Notes: generated by a model not told the origin, from the sequence alone. A stretch of DNA of 64,000 bases from Dicyema japonicum (GCA_011109175.1 RDEW01000003.1:851071-915070); one strand, 5' to 3'. Counted from the stretch's first letter, positions 12,780 through 26,720 are shown. Numbers and translations are program-made.

Positions 12780-13080
12780 AGTTAGCTGAGTGGTTATTAC
12801 TGCTCCTCGTGTCGCTCTTTTTTTGCTTTCTTAAATTCTTAAAAGGCGTCATGTGATCCCCTGTCCTAGGAGACACCCAGTTCATGGCTGTCATTCAAAA
12901 GGGATCTCGATTTTGTTTACTCTACTGGAGGTGTTCCCGCAATGTCTGATATGGATAAACGTTATGCTTGGAAAGATTCGTCTCACTCCTACTTGAGAAC
13001 TGGATATAAATTTAAATAGAGGTTAATTAAATCAACCTCTTTCTGGTATATCTGATGTTATTGAATTAAATTAATTATTT
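12780..13080 (+). repeat. Dispersed ~320-nt structured repeat (family S), copy A
   Basis: Similar to the reverse complements of 26405-26720, 40595-40938, 54560-54700 and 57385-57595. Confidence 0.65.
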
Positions 13081-13600
13081 TATTACGTCAAGATAAGATA
13101 GAGAAGAGCTACAGGTATAATCACGGTCTCGGGGTTGTGAAGAGTAATCTGGCTTAATCGTTATAGTTGATTTATTTATCACACTATTCAAATGTATACT
13201 CATTTAAAAACTCTCAATTCTTTCTGATTAACAGGTTATGATTATGGATACTAAGTCGATTCAACTCCACCAATTGATTGGCTACTTGGTTGACAAATTC
13301 TCTTATTTAACTCTACTCCTTATTTTCACCCTTCATTATCGTGACGTCATGCGATCCACAAGTCTCAGAATGTACTTACTGTCAGGACAACATCAAAGGG
13401 ATCATTTATTCTCCACTAAATCATTCCTTAAGGAGATTCCTACAGCTGTGATTCTGAATGGGTATGTTTGCTTAAAAGAACTTATTTCTCAACGATTGCA
13501 AGATAAAAATAATTGTCAATTTCACTTCAGTTTATCCAAAATTAATAAAGATGATATTTTATTAGTTTATCATACAAAATCAAAAAAATCACATCTAAAG

Positions 13601-15504
13601 TCACAAATCACTAGTCACAGGTGAAATAACATTACTGTTAGAAAAATCATCTAATTCAGTCTTCTAAAATAACAAAAACAGCAAACTTCGTATAAATACA
13701 AATATGAAGAATGATTCCGTAATTTCAACAAATTGGATTCGCTGTTTTCCCAAGAAATATAATGATCGTTACAGTTAACCCACCTGCATTCATCAACTTT
13801 AATGTCACATGTATAATGGCCTAAAACAATAAATAATGCCTACCAGAGAGAGTTATAAAACCCATAGTGATTCATAATAGAGGTTATTGAATAATTCTTG
13901 TTACTAGTAGTCTATCAATTAGAATGTGACAAAACCTGTCCTGTAGGGAATTGGTATGATTCGTCAATTGGAGTCGGTTCCTCATAAAGACGTTTAGGAG
14001 GAGAAAATTCATTTGCTAAATCTGATTCGTCAGGGTTAGAAGCGCCTTCTTTTGGCTGGGAATTTTCGTCAGAGGTTGACTTTTCAGATTTAACACATTC
14101 AGTGTCGTTTGGGGACTGCAAGTCATAGATAACTGCTGATTGATAGAAATCGATTGCTCTGACTTTGAAAAGAGAAATAAAGAGGGATCAGGAGATATCC
14201 TATTCACGTGGATTAAAAAATAGCTAATGTAAGAATGAAAATTACCGAGGAGGTTTGGTAACAACCATTTGAATATCAGCAGACTTGCAGGGACATTTAC
14301 TACAACTAAACTCGATTCCTTCATCTCGCATGCTGTCATTAAAAAGTTCCTGCAAGGTATGTGACTCTTCATTAAGTCTAAGATAACCAATCATAGCAAC
14401 TTCAATTGTGGTGGATACAGAGTCAATATTGTGAAATATTCATTATTTACACAGAGTGCTTACATCTACAAATAAATTACAAGCCATACTCTTGGCAAAT
14501 TATGTACTTTTCGATAAGCATCCCAAAATTCCTTTTGACTGGATTCTCGAAGCCACCTTTTTCTTCAAGGGCCTCAAACTCTTCATAAACAGCGTCAAGC
14601 AAATATCCAAGAAATTCTCTGGCATCCTAAAGATAACTTAAATAACTCACATTTTCCACGCTAATATCAAATACCGGAAACTTTTCAGAGATTATATTAA
14701 CAAGGGACAGCACATGTGAGTTAAAATGGGAGGAGTCAGAATTCTGTTGATCATATGTTTGAAGAAGATGTCTAAAATACATATTTCACACGTGCAAACT
14801 GTGAAACTGGTAATTTAGCCTTATCGCGGTTGATTGGAGAATTTATAATGTCTTCGAGGGCGAATAAGAAGCGGACACATTTACGGAGCATTTGAAGGGC
14901 AGAATTTGCATAGCAATTAACGCCGTGATTAACAAATCTGCGTTTAACAGAATATATACCCTTTTAATTGACCATAAAACGAAAACGAATCAAAATGTTC
15001 TTCATTGGAGTGCTCAGTGAGGTTATTATTCATAGCACGTGGCTTCTCTGGGTAGCAGATAGCCTTTACTGGACTTGCGGTAGTATCGTTGCTGTTTTCT
15101 TTCGCTTTGAATATTATAAGAAAAAAACCATCCGGGGGGATTATTAAGTTATGGAAAAAGATAACCACTTTTTCTAGCATGTTCGAGCCATCAGAGTTAG
15201 TGAGATCAAGAAAAAACTTCAAATTCGATCCACGAGGAAATATAGGGCAAATTCAGAGTCTTTTTGGTTATAATTGTAAGACTTTATGGAATTCGTAAGC
15301 TAAATTGATTTTATGAAGTAAAGTTACCATAATAATCTGGACATCGCATTCGGTGATATCAGTCTTAGAAACGAGCTTGGCATGCCATATATCGGCTGGG
15401 TTTTGGTAGATAATTATGTGGCCTTGCATAAATTTGGAGGAAGCATATATGTCTTGGGAATATTTAAAATATCCATGAAGCGTTATTATATCACTAACAA
15501 GCAT
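13601..15504 (-). CDS. Ubiquitin-specific protease (peptidase C19), multi-exon
   Basis: After removing 22-28 nt introns: Cys box KG|FVNHGVNCYANSALQML, N|DAREFLGYLLD, His box GHYTCDI and SSYLYLY; stop TGA at 13601-13603. Confidence 0.8.
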
Positions 15505-15604
15505 AACAACCCGGGAAGTATCAAATGCGTTTTAAATTTATTTAAATTATTTAAAAAATTATATTAATAAATATTTTTATTTATATAATTATATTTTATA
15601 TCAT

Positions 15605-16130
15605 GTCAAGGAGCATGTCGGTTGATCATTTAAGCCACTCGATGTGGATCCATGCTCTGCCACGACTATGTGTGGAGGCATAACGAGGTAGTAAGGAGTC
15701 TTCATCTTCTACTATGCAATAAGTATGGTATTCGCCACACCAGAAAGTTGCGGACTCATAAGGTGCAATCTGTAGTAGAGAACACCAGGGTCCAAATTAA
15801 GGTAGACAGTTGTTATCCGTACCCGGTGCTAGTCAAGCACAATTAAATTGGACATTGTGGTACACGATAAGGAGTCTGGCAAAGTCCTTATCATAGAAGT
15901 TGGCATCACGTCTCAAGACGTTTGCAGACTGTGGAGGTGGAGAAAAAAGTATGACTTTTCTTGCAAACGAGATGGGGCTGATGCTTGGTTGCAAGGTCCT
16001 CGAGACTGGAACCCGGATCTTAACTGACTCGAAACTTCCTTCCTTTGCGCAAAACTTAATATTACCTTTGTCTCTGGAGTCTGTCATTTCATTAATGGTT
16101 ACAAGATGAATGAAGACAAGTGACTTTTTT
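15605..16130 (+). mobile_element. R4/Dong-like RLE fragment (divergent from the 5S-linked copies)
   Basis: WRHNEVVRSLHLLLCNKYG...HKVQSVVEN, IIEVGITSQD, LANEMG. Confidence 0.75.
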
Positions 16131-16270
16131 TAAGTAAAGAAACCAGTGTTTTAGTAGTAATAATCCAATGATAGACAACTCTAATATTTAGTTACAAATG
16201 ATTTTTAAAACGCTTTGTCCAAAATTCTCGCAAATACAAGCTGAATTATTTTTTGGTTGCGACGACTTTT

Positions 16271-16482
16271 TGGGCTTGACGAGTGACGCCGTCATCAGTG
16301 GATACTCACTGCGGAACTGGATTGTCTAGAAAAACCCACCCACAAGAAATAGAAAAAAGAAGTGAAGATCATCCTTGGTACTACGATTAGTTAAAATTAA
16401 CTGTTCTTTACTTAAATAAAGTGTGTGTCCTGCCTATGCGGAGCTATACTACTATGGCTCTCGTGAAAAGGCTGTTATTATT
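16271..16482 (+). mobile_element. Non-autonomous RTE-tailed retroelement (~210 bp)
   Basis: Nearly identical to 42327-42538; ends in the shared ATGCGGAGCTATA..TATGGCTCTCGTGAAAAGGCT(TTA)n tail. Confidence 0.75.
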
Positions 16483-17354
16483 ACGACTTGTCAAATCACG
16501 GTGAAGATTAAAGTTTTAGTGCAAAATTATCTCTGAGGGCACTAGTGACGCACGAATGTCTATATAGCTTAATGATGGATGATTTGTCTTCTTATAGATA
16601 TGTACAGTGAGTGACTCAGGAGATATCGAAAACCCGAAGCTATATTCTGGTTCTAATCCCGGATATTAGTTAATACAATTCTACGTATGTTGCTTAAATG
16701 AAATCTTATATATTGGTCCTTTGAAATAGATTTTAACCAGACTCCCGGTAGGAGTGGGGCGTATCTCTTCCCAGCGTCACGTCGCTTCTAAGAATCCGCC
16801 ATTATGAGAATCTCTCAACTGAAGTAGGGAAAAGAGTAATTTTTTAGATGCAGTCCAGGATTGGGCGTATCCTGAGTTAGATGGATCCTTCAACCAGGTA
16901 GGAGCGATGTGGAAATAGAACTCACAGCTAATTGTACGGGACTGAACACTTACTACCTAATCAAATGGATTTTTTTAAAACAGTCAAAATCCAAGTATTG
17001 ATTCGAAAAAGATTTTTTAATGTTGGACTCGGTTATTTTTTTGAAACATAGTGAGAATATAGCCAAGTGAGGTGGGGTGTACCTCTTTTAAAAAATATCA
17101 TGATGAATGAAAGTCCTTGTCCTGGTGCATGTACGATTCGGGTTCGAATCTCTTTAGTCCAAAAATGAAAGAGCTTGGAAAAACTCGTCACAAGTTACAC
17201 GTGCATGGTAATACTTAATGTGCTTCTGTAGATGTAACTAATAATAGTGAGAATTAAAGAAATTGAGTTCACCGACTAAAATCTAGCAACTAATTATTAC
17301 CAATAAAAAAGTTAACTATCAGAAAAAATGTAAACTAATTTTCTGGTTACTGAC

Positions 17355-18540
17355 TCAAGGCACATCTGCCACAGATACCGACTTTCTCTTGGGTTTGTGC
17401 GCAACATCATTCAGAAAAAAGGAGTAATATTCCATATCAATTTGGGGGGTGGAAGAATTTTTCTTAATAGAACCATCTTTTAATAGAATATTCCTCTTAA
17501 AACTGGACAAAATAATTATTGGGGTAAAGTAAAGAATAATCCTTACACACGTGTGATATAATAACTTTTGTGAGGTCACTAATTGTGAGGGATAAATGTC
17601 TACATATCTCTGCTTGCATAATTTTTAGTTTTCCAGCAAGTCGAATTGGATTTGAGATACAAATTGATCTCATCAGCACGTGGCGATATTTTCCAAAAAT
17701 AATAGAACCTGACCAAATCACCCACACTGTAAGATGGGAGCTTAATATTTCTGATTTTGAAGAAGTCCTTTCCGTGTTTAATTAGACCATCCTCAAAGTC
17801 ACGACAATCATTTTCTGACCACGAATTCACAAATTCTTCTGTAAATGTAAACAAAATACCAAATGTGTCAGAAAACTGACTCACGTGCAGTTTTCCTAGT
17901 GCAGCATTGACGTCATAATTCTGCTTCATTAATCCAATGAGCAGCTAAAACTTACTGACATAAAAAACGTTCTCATCGTCCGCCACACAACCATTTGTAT
18001 GAACAGTCGACCCAGCAGAGACCAAAAAGTTGCTAACTAAAATTGTACGCACGGTTACCTCCGTCCGATGAGCATTTTGAACAGCTCCACAGGATTTGTT
18101 CATTTTGATCAGTTAAGGGGAGAGGTTCAGTAGCAAGCGGTGGAATAACAGCCTGATATTTATCTCCAACATGAATTTTTTTGTTGCTATATTCACTCAT
18201 ACTGCAGACATAAGAAGAGTCGTCAGAATCGTCGGATAACGCTATTATGAGAGAATGCAGATAACCATTATCCAACAACCAATTACCTAACCCCCCGTTT
18301 TCTTTAAAAGCCCCTTTTTCGAAGTTGTAGTTGTTATTGGAAATCACGGATTCTAGCGGCATTTCAGCCTCCTTGACAAATCATTGATAAATTGGATACT
18401 TCATATAATTTTGTCAAATCTTCATTCTCCGAGTCTTCCAGGGCACTAAAATAATTTGAACTTGACATCTCTTCATTGTCGTTTTCTACTATAATAGACT
18501 TTTCAATGAGACCTGAGATGTTGTTTTCTGATAATTCCAT
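17355..18540 (-). CDS. MIER: MIER-family ELM2-SANT corepressor; 3' end uncertain
   Basis: Acidic N-terminus with E|EAEMPLES; ELM2 KIHVGDKYQAVIP..ILWS; SANT WSENDCRDFEDGLIKHGKDFFKI...VRFYYFWK; micro-introns. Confidence 0.8.
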
Positions 18541-18735
18541 TTCAAATACTGAATTCTAAACGAATCAATCACAAAATGTTTTATTGTTAATTAAATGTTA
18601 GAAGTAATTTAAGTCGGTTACACTGAAAGCAAAATGTAATTTAAAATAATATTTTGAAAATTAAATTTAAAAATATTTATTAAATAAATAGATGAATTTA
18701 AACTCAATTTGCATTTTAATTACTATTTAAATAAA
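18541..18735. promoter_or_regulatory. Putative bidirectional promoter between MIER-like and RhoGAP genes
   Basis: Divergent ATGs are 195 bp apart; the spacer is very AT-rich. Confidence 0.5.
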
Positions 18736-21700
18736 ATGACTGAATCGGATTATTCTAAGTCATACTCATTAAAACGTATGAAATTAAAATATTAGTTTTA
18801 AGGTGCCCAGTGTGTCCTTGACAGGGCTAAGGAAATAATTTCTGACAGAAACTCTGAATTTAAGACACTTTTTATTGAATGGTGCGAAATTGTTCAAAAA
18901 TGCGGAATTGCAACCCGCGAGTACGTTAACTCGTTGGACAAAATATCGAAAATTCACACGGAAAAGGCCAGGTTAGTAACCGTAGATTATATTAAATAGA
19001 ACTATTCAATCTATCACATTAAATGGGCTAAATTGTTCATTCACAACCCTGGGAGACAGCGTAGCTTTATACACGCGACCGTTGTCGGATTATGTATCCG
19101 CCACATTGCCAATCTTTTTCGAAATTTTTCCCGAATTTAATTGATTTGCTAACAAACTTGGTTTTCATTGTACTAATTGATTTCAGTCTGTCGCTTTAAT
19201 TTCAAAATTTCATTCTTATTTGACTAAACAGCTCGAACAGCAAGCCAAAGTATGCTTATACTCTTTAAACAAGCTAATGTCTACTTACACAGCGTCTTAC
19301 AACAAGTCCGTCAAAAAAAATGATGAACTGATTAAACAGATGGACAAAAAGTCAGCGATGCACAAGAATGACAAAACTGTATTTTTTCTGTCTTATACTT
19401 GAATAGTATACATCGTCAATCAATCACCACAGGGATGCATATAATAATTATGCAAACTTTATGCACGTGACTGCGATCATTAATAAGATGATGGATCATT
19501 TTAACGATGTCTTATTTGATGGGATAATTCTGGTTTTGTGTCATGGAAATTTGACAGATGAGTGATGCTGGGTTACAAACGTTGTGTGACGTTTTGTTCG
19601 AAGGATTAATGGAAGCCTTGGATTTTCAGTCCAGTACAATACCCTCGTACTCTTCTCTTTTGGCCTCAATCTTCAAAGTCTTCAGTATAGCAGAGGATGA
19701 AACTTACTACAAAGAGTTAATTAAAAGAGAATATTCCCAACAATCCATGAAAAAGCTGTGCAGACGTTTGGTTCGCAAGGTTGAACCTAGTCTTGATAAA
19801 TAGCCAAGTATAATTTCTGAGGAGGATAATGAATATTTGGCAAAATTTCATGGACTTCTCACTCATAAGAAGGATCAAATGTTACAATGTAGAGAAATAC
19901 TATCTAAGGTAAATTTCACCTTATTCTGATCAATGAATTGGATAGCTTAAAAAACAACATAGAAAAGATAATTTTGGAAGGCTACGGCGGGAAAATGAGT
20001 TGGAAAACGATAAAACCTAAAATAACGAAAATATTCACTGTAATTTTACTTCATAGCTTAGGAAGTTGAAGATTGGTTAATGGCAAGTATAAAATTGCGT
20101 GAGACTGAAATCTCAGTTGAATTTTTTTCTGGAATTGTAATCGAAGCAAATTCACTGACGACGGTCTCCTTCATTAATTGGTAAATGCTAACTGTAACAG
20201 AAGCTCGGGTGGCATTAAATTTCAAGAGAAGATACTGACAACTGGCCCTTGGGTGAATAAAACTAAAATTTTTGGAGGAAAAATTTCCGATCATTGCTCG
20301 GTTGTTAGGGTCATTTACTAAAATAGAATTCCGGTTTTGAAATTTCACCAGTAATTTTATACTGTGCTGAAAAAATTGAGTCTTTTAGTCTTAAGACTGA
20401 GGGGTTATTTCGTCTGGCGGAAGAATTACTAATATTAGGAAAATCAAAGGTCTATTAGAAGCGGGTTGGCGATAGTCGTTTAAAACTTAATTTTGTAGGA
20501 AATATTTATTCGAATTGTGGTATAATGGACTATTGTGATACACTTAAGGAATATTTGAGAGAACTGAAAGAACCCTTATTACCGACAGAACCCTTGAAAC
20601 AGCTGGAAAAGGAAGGTTCTGAATTCTAAATATTCCAGTTGCGGTTTTAAAGGATGGATCCTGTTTATCGAAAATTAAAAATATCATTATGAGTCTTTCT
20701 CCAGCCAATCAAGCCAATCTTCAATTTTTATGTCAGTTTCTGAAAAAGTATTTCATTACTTCATTTTCAGAGTTTCCACTTTCTCCGCTGAGAATAAGAT
20801 GACTCAAGCTAACTTGGCCTTACTGTTTGCGACCAATTTGAACAACGAGAATATAGCCAACATCCTTGATAACAAATTCATCAAGGTTGTGTACACTTTA
20901 ATCAACCGTTCCGATGAAGTTTTTTCGAATAAATTAAATAAATGCTCTTTTTTTCTCCGCCTTACAGATATCGACCAGTATTTTTGTATTTTCAGGTTTA
21001 GAAATGAAAATTTCGATATAAATGCTAAAACTGGTAAATTCATCAAAATTAAATATAAGAAAGCCAAGTTCTGTCAGAAGGGTATGAAGAGTACCAGGCT
21101 GATTCTGACGAGAATGAACAAGTTGAAGAGGCCAAGTTTGAATTAATCAGTCCATCGTGAAATTTATTCGTTACTTAACCTTAGAAGTCATCAGAGCATC
21201 GTAAACGATGATTTTGTCGCTAAAGGACGAATGCCAGAATACATTTTCGAACTAATCTGGCTTCCGGCCGATGTCGAAGTTGATTAAAAATATATTTTAG
21301 CTCAAAAATCCGGGATCAAATGTAATTTTTAAGAGTAATTGGTTTGACGGATGGAGAATTTCAGGACTTTATGCTTTTTCTGAAGACGACAAGGTCAAAA
21401 CAGGCGGGAAATTGGATATAAATAAATTGAATGTTTTTAAAATGACGTTATTTACAGTCGATTAAACAAGATCTACAGAAATATTGGGCTTTTGATCTTG
21501 CTAACAATCAAAGTGGCGACCTCGACTTTGAAATTTTGTATTTTCACCCAATCATTGTTAGAGAACTTGCGTGGTCAAAAAATAGCGATAATTTCGAGGA
21601 TGAAATATCGTACTTCTCCAAGTGTCTCGAGTTACGGGAGTGCATTAATATTGACGAGTTAACCGATGATTCGTAATTTTTTAGAATTCTTAAGAAAGAA

Positions 21701-21971
21701 GACATGGAACCGAGTAAATTAAGATTTTTTGAGGTAAGATTTGTGGTACTAAAAATAGGGAGCGACTGTTGCTGAATTACTGAAAAATGGTATGGAAGCT
21801 AAACCTCGACTTATTACTAAGGTTGACGTTTACATTATTTTAAATTAGAATTCCCTTTGGTTCAAGACTCAAATTTTTTTAGATGATGAGTTCTCTCCAG
21901 TAGATTCTCCATACACTGATCAAAACAAACCTTTGAAATACCAAGTTTATTCTCAAGAGAAAATTAATTAA
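18736..21971 (+). CDS. RhoGAP protein with a helical (F-BAR-like) N-terminus, multi-exon
   Basis: EGLFRLA(G) arginine finger, LKEYLRELKEPLLP, ENKMTQANLALLFATNL; many 21-28 nt introns; apparent 1-nt frameshift near 20420; ends approximate. Confidence 0.75.
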
Positions 21972-22613
21972 TTACTGATTTACTGTTATTTATGGAAAAT
22001 AATAAAACTATCTTGTTACTGTGGACTATCCTGTTGTTAGAGATATACTACTTATAGCTCCACCTCGGTAGGAAACACACTTTGGTTTTGGGTTTTCCTA
22101 TCAATAACGACACTTCGTCAATCAACAGGGAAATGTGGTCAATCAATAACGACAATAGTATAAGTAAAGAACAGTTATGATAACTAATCGTAGAGGGGGA
22201 ACCAAGGAATGTTTTTTCTTTTTGTTGGTGTGAATCCTTCATAGATGATCCGGTTCCATCAGTGAAATGTTTACTGATGACGGCTCACACATCAAGCTAA
22301 AGGATCGTATATGTGTGGAACCTTCAGCCGGAATGCACAGCAGCGAGATTCGATCTAGGAGCCACGAAGCCTTTCTCCCGAAACTCGTTACAGTGCACCA
22401 GCTTATAAGTGTATTAAAGTTGTTTTAAAAAAATTATCGTCAACTTAATTTCAATTTTACCGCGTAGCCCCTAGTTTAGCATATTTGAGGAATTGACAAC
22501 ATTGTAAAAATTTAGTATTTATCTAATTTCCCCAGTGGACGTATTTTCCCTCTATTGTGGAACCTTTTCCAATGAGTAGAGAGGTATCTTTTTTGGATGC
22601 CGTTCGGGCATAA

Positions 22614-22792
22614 GGATCAAATAGCGCTTCTAGGAATTGAAGAAGGCATTCGTGAGTAGGTGGATCAAATGGCGCTTCTAGGAATTGAAGAAAGCATTCG
22701 TGAGTAAGTGGATCAAATGGCGCTTCTAGGAATTGAGGAAAGCATTCGTGAGTAGGTGGATCAAATGGCGCTTCTAGGAATTGAGGAAGGCA
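22614..22792. repeat. 48-bp tandem repeat, ~3.7 copies
   Basis: Unit GGATCAAATGGCGCTTCTAGGAATTGARGAARGCATTCGTGAGTARGT. Confidence 0.9.
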
Positions 22793-23299
22793 GTAGGAAC
22801 TTAAACTCACGGTTAAATGCAACGAAAACGACAGCACTAACCACTGCACCACCTTATCTGGTTTATTTGTAGGAAGGTCGAAGTGGTGACATATTTTTAT
22901 ACCAAAAAATGTTTAATCGAGATTGATGAAAAGTTTTTTTTGTAAGCATGAACGAAGTGACAGACTTAGCAGACTTGGGAACTCTAATTACTGATTAATA
23001 AAGGTAGTGTAGGGTGCATGAAATTGGTTAAAATGTCGTCCAATCCGAACTTGAAGAACTGTTTGGATTTGACGCATGGTTGGTAGTATTATCGTGTTAC
23101 AGGCAGATACTTACGTGAAATGACCGGTTAATAGTGGTTTCCCTGGAAATTTCTTAGGCAGAAAAAAGTCGGTCGGTTTTGAAATAACTACTCAGATCGA
23201 GTTTTTCAGTGACTAATCACGTACACTGCCTGTCAAAAGTGGTGTAAATACCAAACCACATAAAAAGGGAGAATGAAGAAATTATTAGAAGCTGATTGC

Positions 23300-24352
23300 T
23301 TTTGAAATCGTTTTTGGTAGCTCTGAGTATATTCAATAATTATGTTAATGAAGGATTTATAAAGAAATTAATTCAAGTATTTTAAAATGAATTCAAGTCA
23401 CTGTGTCTTAGTTAAATGTGATTATGGACTCACCAGAAGTTCTGAACAAAAATTTTCATTGAATCACGTAGATCGTCTAAGAAGCATATCAAATTAGCAG
23501 GTTTATTACTTTTATTACTATTTTATGTCAATAATATAAAACTCATTGATTTTCTCTTCCCATCTGCCGACGAATGGGACGATAATTCACTAAGGCAATT
23601 GTCGAATCAAATATTCCCTTGCATAAGTTAAACAGTAAAGCTTACGAGACTTGTTTGAGAGTATTGGACATAATCTTCCTTCTACCTACGCTTGTTGAAA
23701 AAAGTGTAGAAAACTTATGCCAGAAGCAGCTTTACAGGCTTTATTCTCATTCATTATAAATCTGGAAAATTTTTTTGATTGATGAAACTAATATCCGAGA
23801 ACAGTAATATGTCAATTGGAAAAATTTCTGATCCCAAGAAAATATTTTTAATATCTTGTTGTCATTGTCATCTGCGGCTAACTTTCGATTACCTGTCAGA
23901 TAATTGACGATGTTCTAAGGAATTTTTCGAGATGCGGTAGAACACATTCAAAATTGCATTTCGGACGATTTATGTGGAATCAGGAAGTACTGGAATCGAG
24001 ATTATTTGTCGATCAAGTACTTTCTATTACAAAAATGGAAAAACAACATATTTCTCCATATGTATACAACTATCTGAAAAAGTGTCCTTCCACATCATTT
24101 TTGTTGAGAGAAATTTTTCTTTATTGGAAAAATCACTATCTAAAAAACGAAATTTTAAAACCGAAAACGTTTTGAATTACATTATTCTGTATTTTAATAA
24201 AGATTTTGATTAGTTTTTCTTTATATTAAAAAAATTTTTGTAGATAATATCATAAAGTCAAAAAAGGTCAAAATTTTGAAATTTTAAAGTCAATAAAGTC
24301 AATTTTTAGGTCAAAATTTCCGATTTATAAACTCAAAATAAAAATCGCCCTA
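23300..24352 (+). mobile_element. Degenerate hAT-like (CGGBP1-related) DNA transposon remnant
   Basis: Fragments NIPLHKLNSK.LRDLFESIGHNLPS and LIDETNI; repeated AAAGTCAA/AGGTCAAAA subterminal motifs at 24255-24320. Confidence 0.5.
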
Positions 24353-24447
24353 CGTATCACCAGAAACTAACATAAAATAATCAAAAACAAATTAAATATT
24401 ATTTTAAAAATTAGTTATACATTCAAAATACGTAATAATAAAATATT

Positions 24448-25956
24448 TCACGAATCATGTTTATCGTGGATTACTCTTGAGAATTGGCCGCTACCATATG
24501 ATGGCTTCGTGCCAAACCAGGAAGTACGGTAATTCAAAGTCTGAGTCAACAAGTCTTCCTCCTCTTTAGACATCCGCAGTAAAGTAGCAACAGCCGATAC
24601 CAGTGACATGGCCTCATTAGTGCCACTCAGCATGAACTTTAAGAGAACGTGCCGCATATAAACAAAGTTCGGGTCATCACTGCCATACATACTATCTTCG
24701 ACTAGACTACTAGTTAGTGTTGGTTCACTCGTGGATTCATAGTTTTGTGCCTTTTTTGAGTTTTTATCAGACTTAGCTAACGAAGCCTGTCTTTTTAGCA
24801 ATTTTTTGAGACAGTCCATCCGAGAATGTTGAGCTTTGATCATCTATCCTCAAAAACAGCAGATACAGCTTTCAAACGATCAGATTCCAGCTCACTAGCT
24901 TCTAGGGATTTCGTCAATTCGTCTATTTTGTGAACGTAAGCATTCATTTCTGATGAAGGATCACTCTGTGAGTCTCTTCTAACAGAATTCTCACGAATAG
25001 TATGCAATTCCTCAAACATGGTGGCATTCTCGACTTTGAATTGCTCGTTTTCTTACTATGTAACAATATTACTAGGAAACCATGGCAGAGTTGGTCGCAT
25101 TCGTTTTCCTTCAATTCCATTTTTTCTTGAAATCAGCAAAATCCTTCTGCAGAGAAATATACTTGTTATTCGCCTCAAGCAACTATTGATGAGTTTAAAG
25201 CGACTTACAAGCTTAATACGACTGCTAATGGAAGAAAAAACGTTATCCTCAAAGTTACAGTCAGAATGGAGCAAATTCTAGGCAACTCAGATTATATACG
25301 GCGAACCTTATCGATATCTTTGAGATTTTCTTTGATAACCCTTTCCCGTTCAATATAAAAATTCTCTACATCATCGACCCACCCCTAGTTGTTATAAGAC
25401 AAGAATAGCTTGGGCCACTTCAACCGAGACGGAACCTTCATTCTCTGTATTAATCTCCTTCAATTTTGTCGAAAGTTCTTCATTCTCTTAGTCAATTCAT
25501 TTCGCTGTTATAATTACATAAATGGACCTGTAATTTCAGGTATGCCACAATCTCATCGTCTAACAGCGAATTCTCCTGTTCTCTGGCTTCCAAAGTATTG
25601 ACTTTATTTTGAAGCATTTCTATGACGTAATCTTTTTTGGCCAAATCTGACTTGAGCTACAATAAATATTTATTAAGGGAACATTTTGAACTTGACATTG
25701 AAGAATTGAATTTTCTGACTTAAATTCCTTCGCTGATCCATTTAAGCTGGGAAGGAAATTGGGGCAGATTTGTTCGTGCTACGATTACTAGCCACACTGG
25801 TTTTGTCACTCTGAGATATTACAATAATAAACTTGGTAGGGGTTCGTTTCTTGAGTTGGTGTAAAATTTTTAAGCTCTTTAATCGTTATGATAACATAAA
25901 CCATCCTCCATTGACTCGATTTCAGTCTCAATTCGTTGACGAAGATTAGAAAACAT
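24448..25956 (-). CDS. GOLGA1: Golgin-97-like GRIP-domain golgin, multi-exon
   Basis: N-terminus MFSNLRQRIETE; coiled-coil middle; GRIP NFVYMRHVLLKFM...SKEEEDLLTQTLNYRTSWFGTKP, characteristic of golgin-97. Confidence 0.85.
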
Positions 25957-26404
25957 TAACTGCACTAATTAAGGCAACAAAAGATTCATAATTTGATTAT
26001 TAAATTTAAAATAATATCATATTAAAATTATTTTCAAAAAGTGAATTATAATGGAAATTTGTCATTTTGCTTTTATAATTTAATTTTTGTAACAGTCGGC
26101 TGCTAATTAGTACAGCTGTTTAGTTTTCGGTGATTATGCAAAAATTAACAAACCCATTTAGGGTTACCCATGTGGAAAAAATTCCATCGGTCCTGAAAAA
26201 GGATACCCCGGTAAAATTATTCGGCAGAAATTCTTGGAGACACTTCGTAAAGCGATGGGATGCTGGAGGACCACTCGAGGAAAGTCAATGAGAAGTTGAG
26301 ACCATTGATTGCTGTGAATCCAAATAGGACAAAAATGAATGACCAATATATTTCAAGGATGCCCAAGTAAATATGATTTTATTATTAATTTAATTTTTTT
26401 AATT

Positions 26405-26720
26405 TAATTTATTAACTCCGGATACACGAGAAGGAAGTTAAACAACTAATTAAGTGTATCCAGTTTCCACTTCTACAGAAACAGAGTCCATCCGGAATCA
26501 GCATAAAAGGTAAGACGTCCATTATATGCAGTTGTGGAAACCCTTCCAGTGGAGTGGGGAAGAGCAAATGATCCTTTTTCGTGCCGGCCTGGAACTGGGC
26601 GTCACCTAAACAGGTGGATCACATCACGCCACTCTAATAGAAAGAGAGAGGAGGAACAGACAAGCAAGTAGAATACTTCAACCAATTAACCACGCAGCAC
26701 CAGATGGCGCCACGCGGCTA
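26405..26720 (-). repeat. Family S structured repeat, copy B
   Basis: Colinear with 40595-40938; AT-rich tail. Confidence 0.75.

Noticed and set aside
22614-22792. Regular repeats as a CRISPR array (also 46485-46640)
   Set aside because: Head-to-tail units without unique spacers; eukaryotic context; no cas genes
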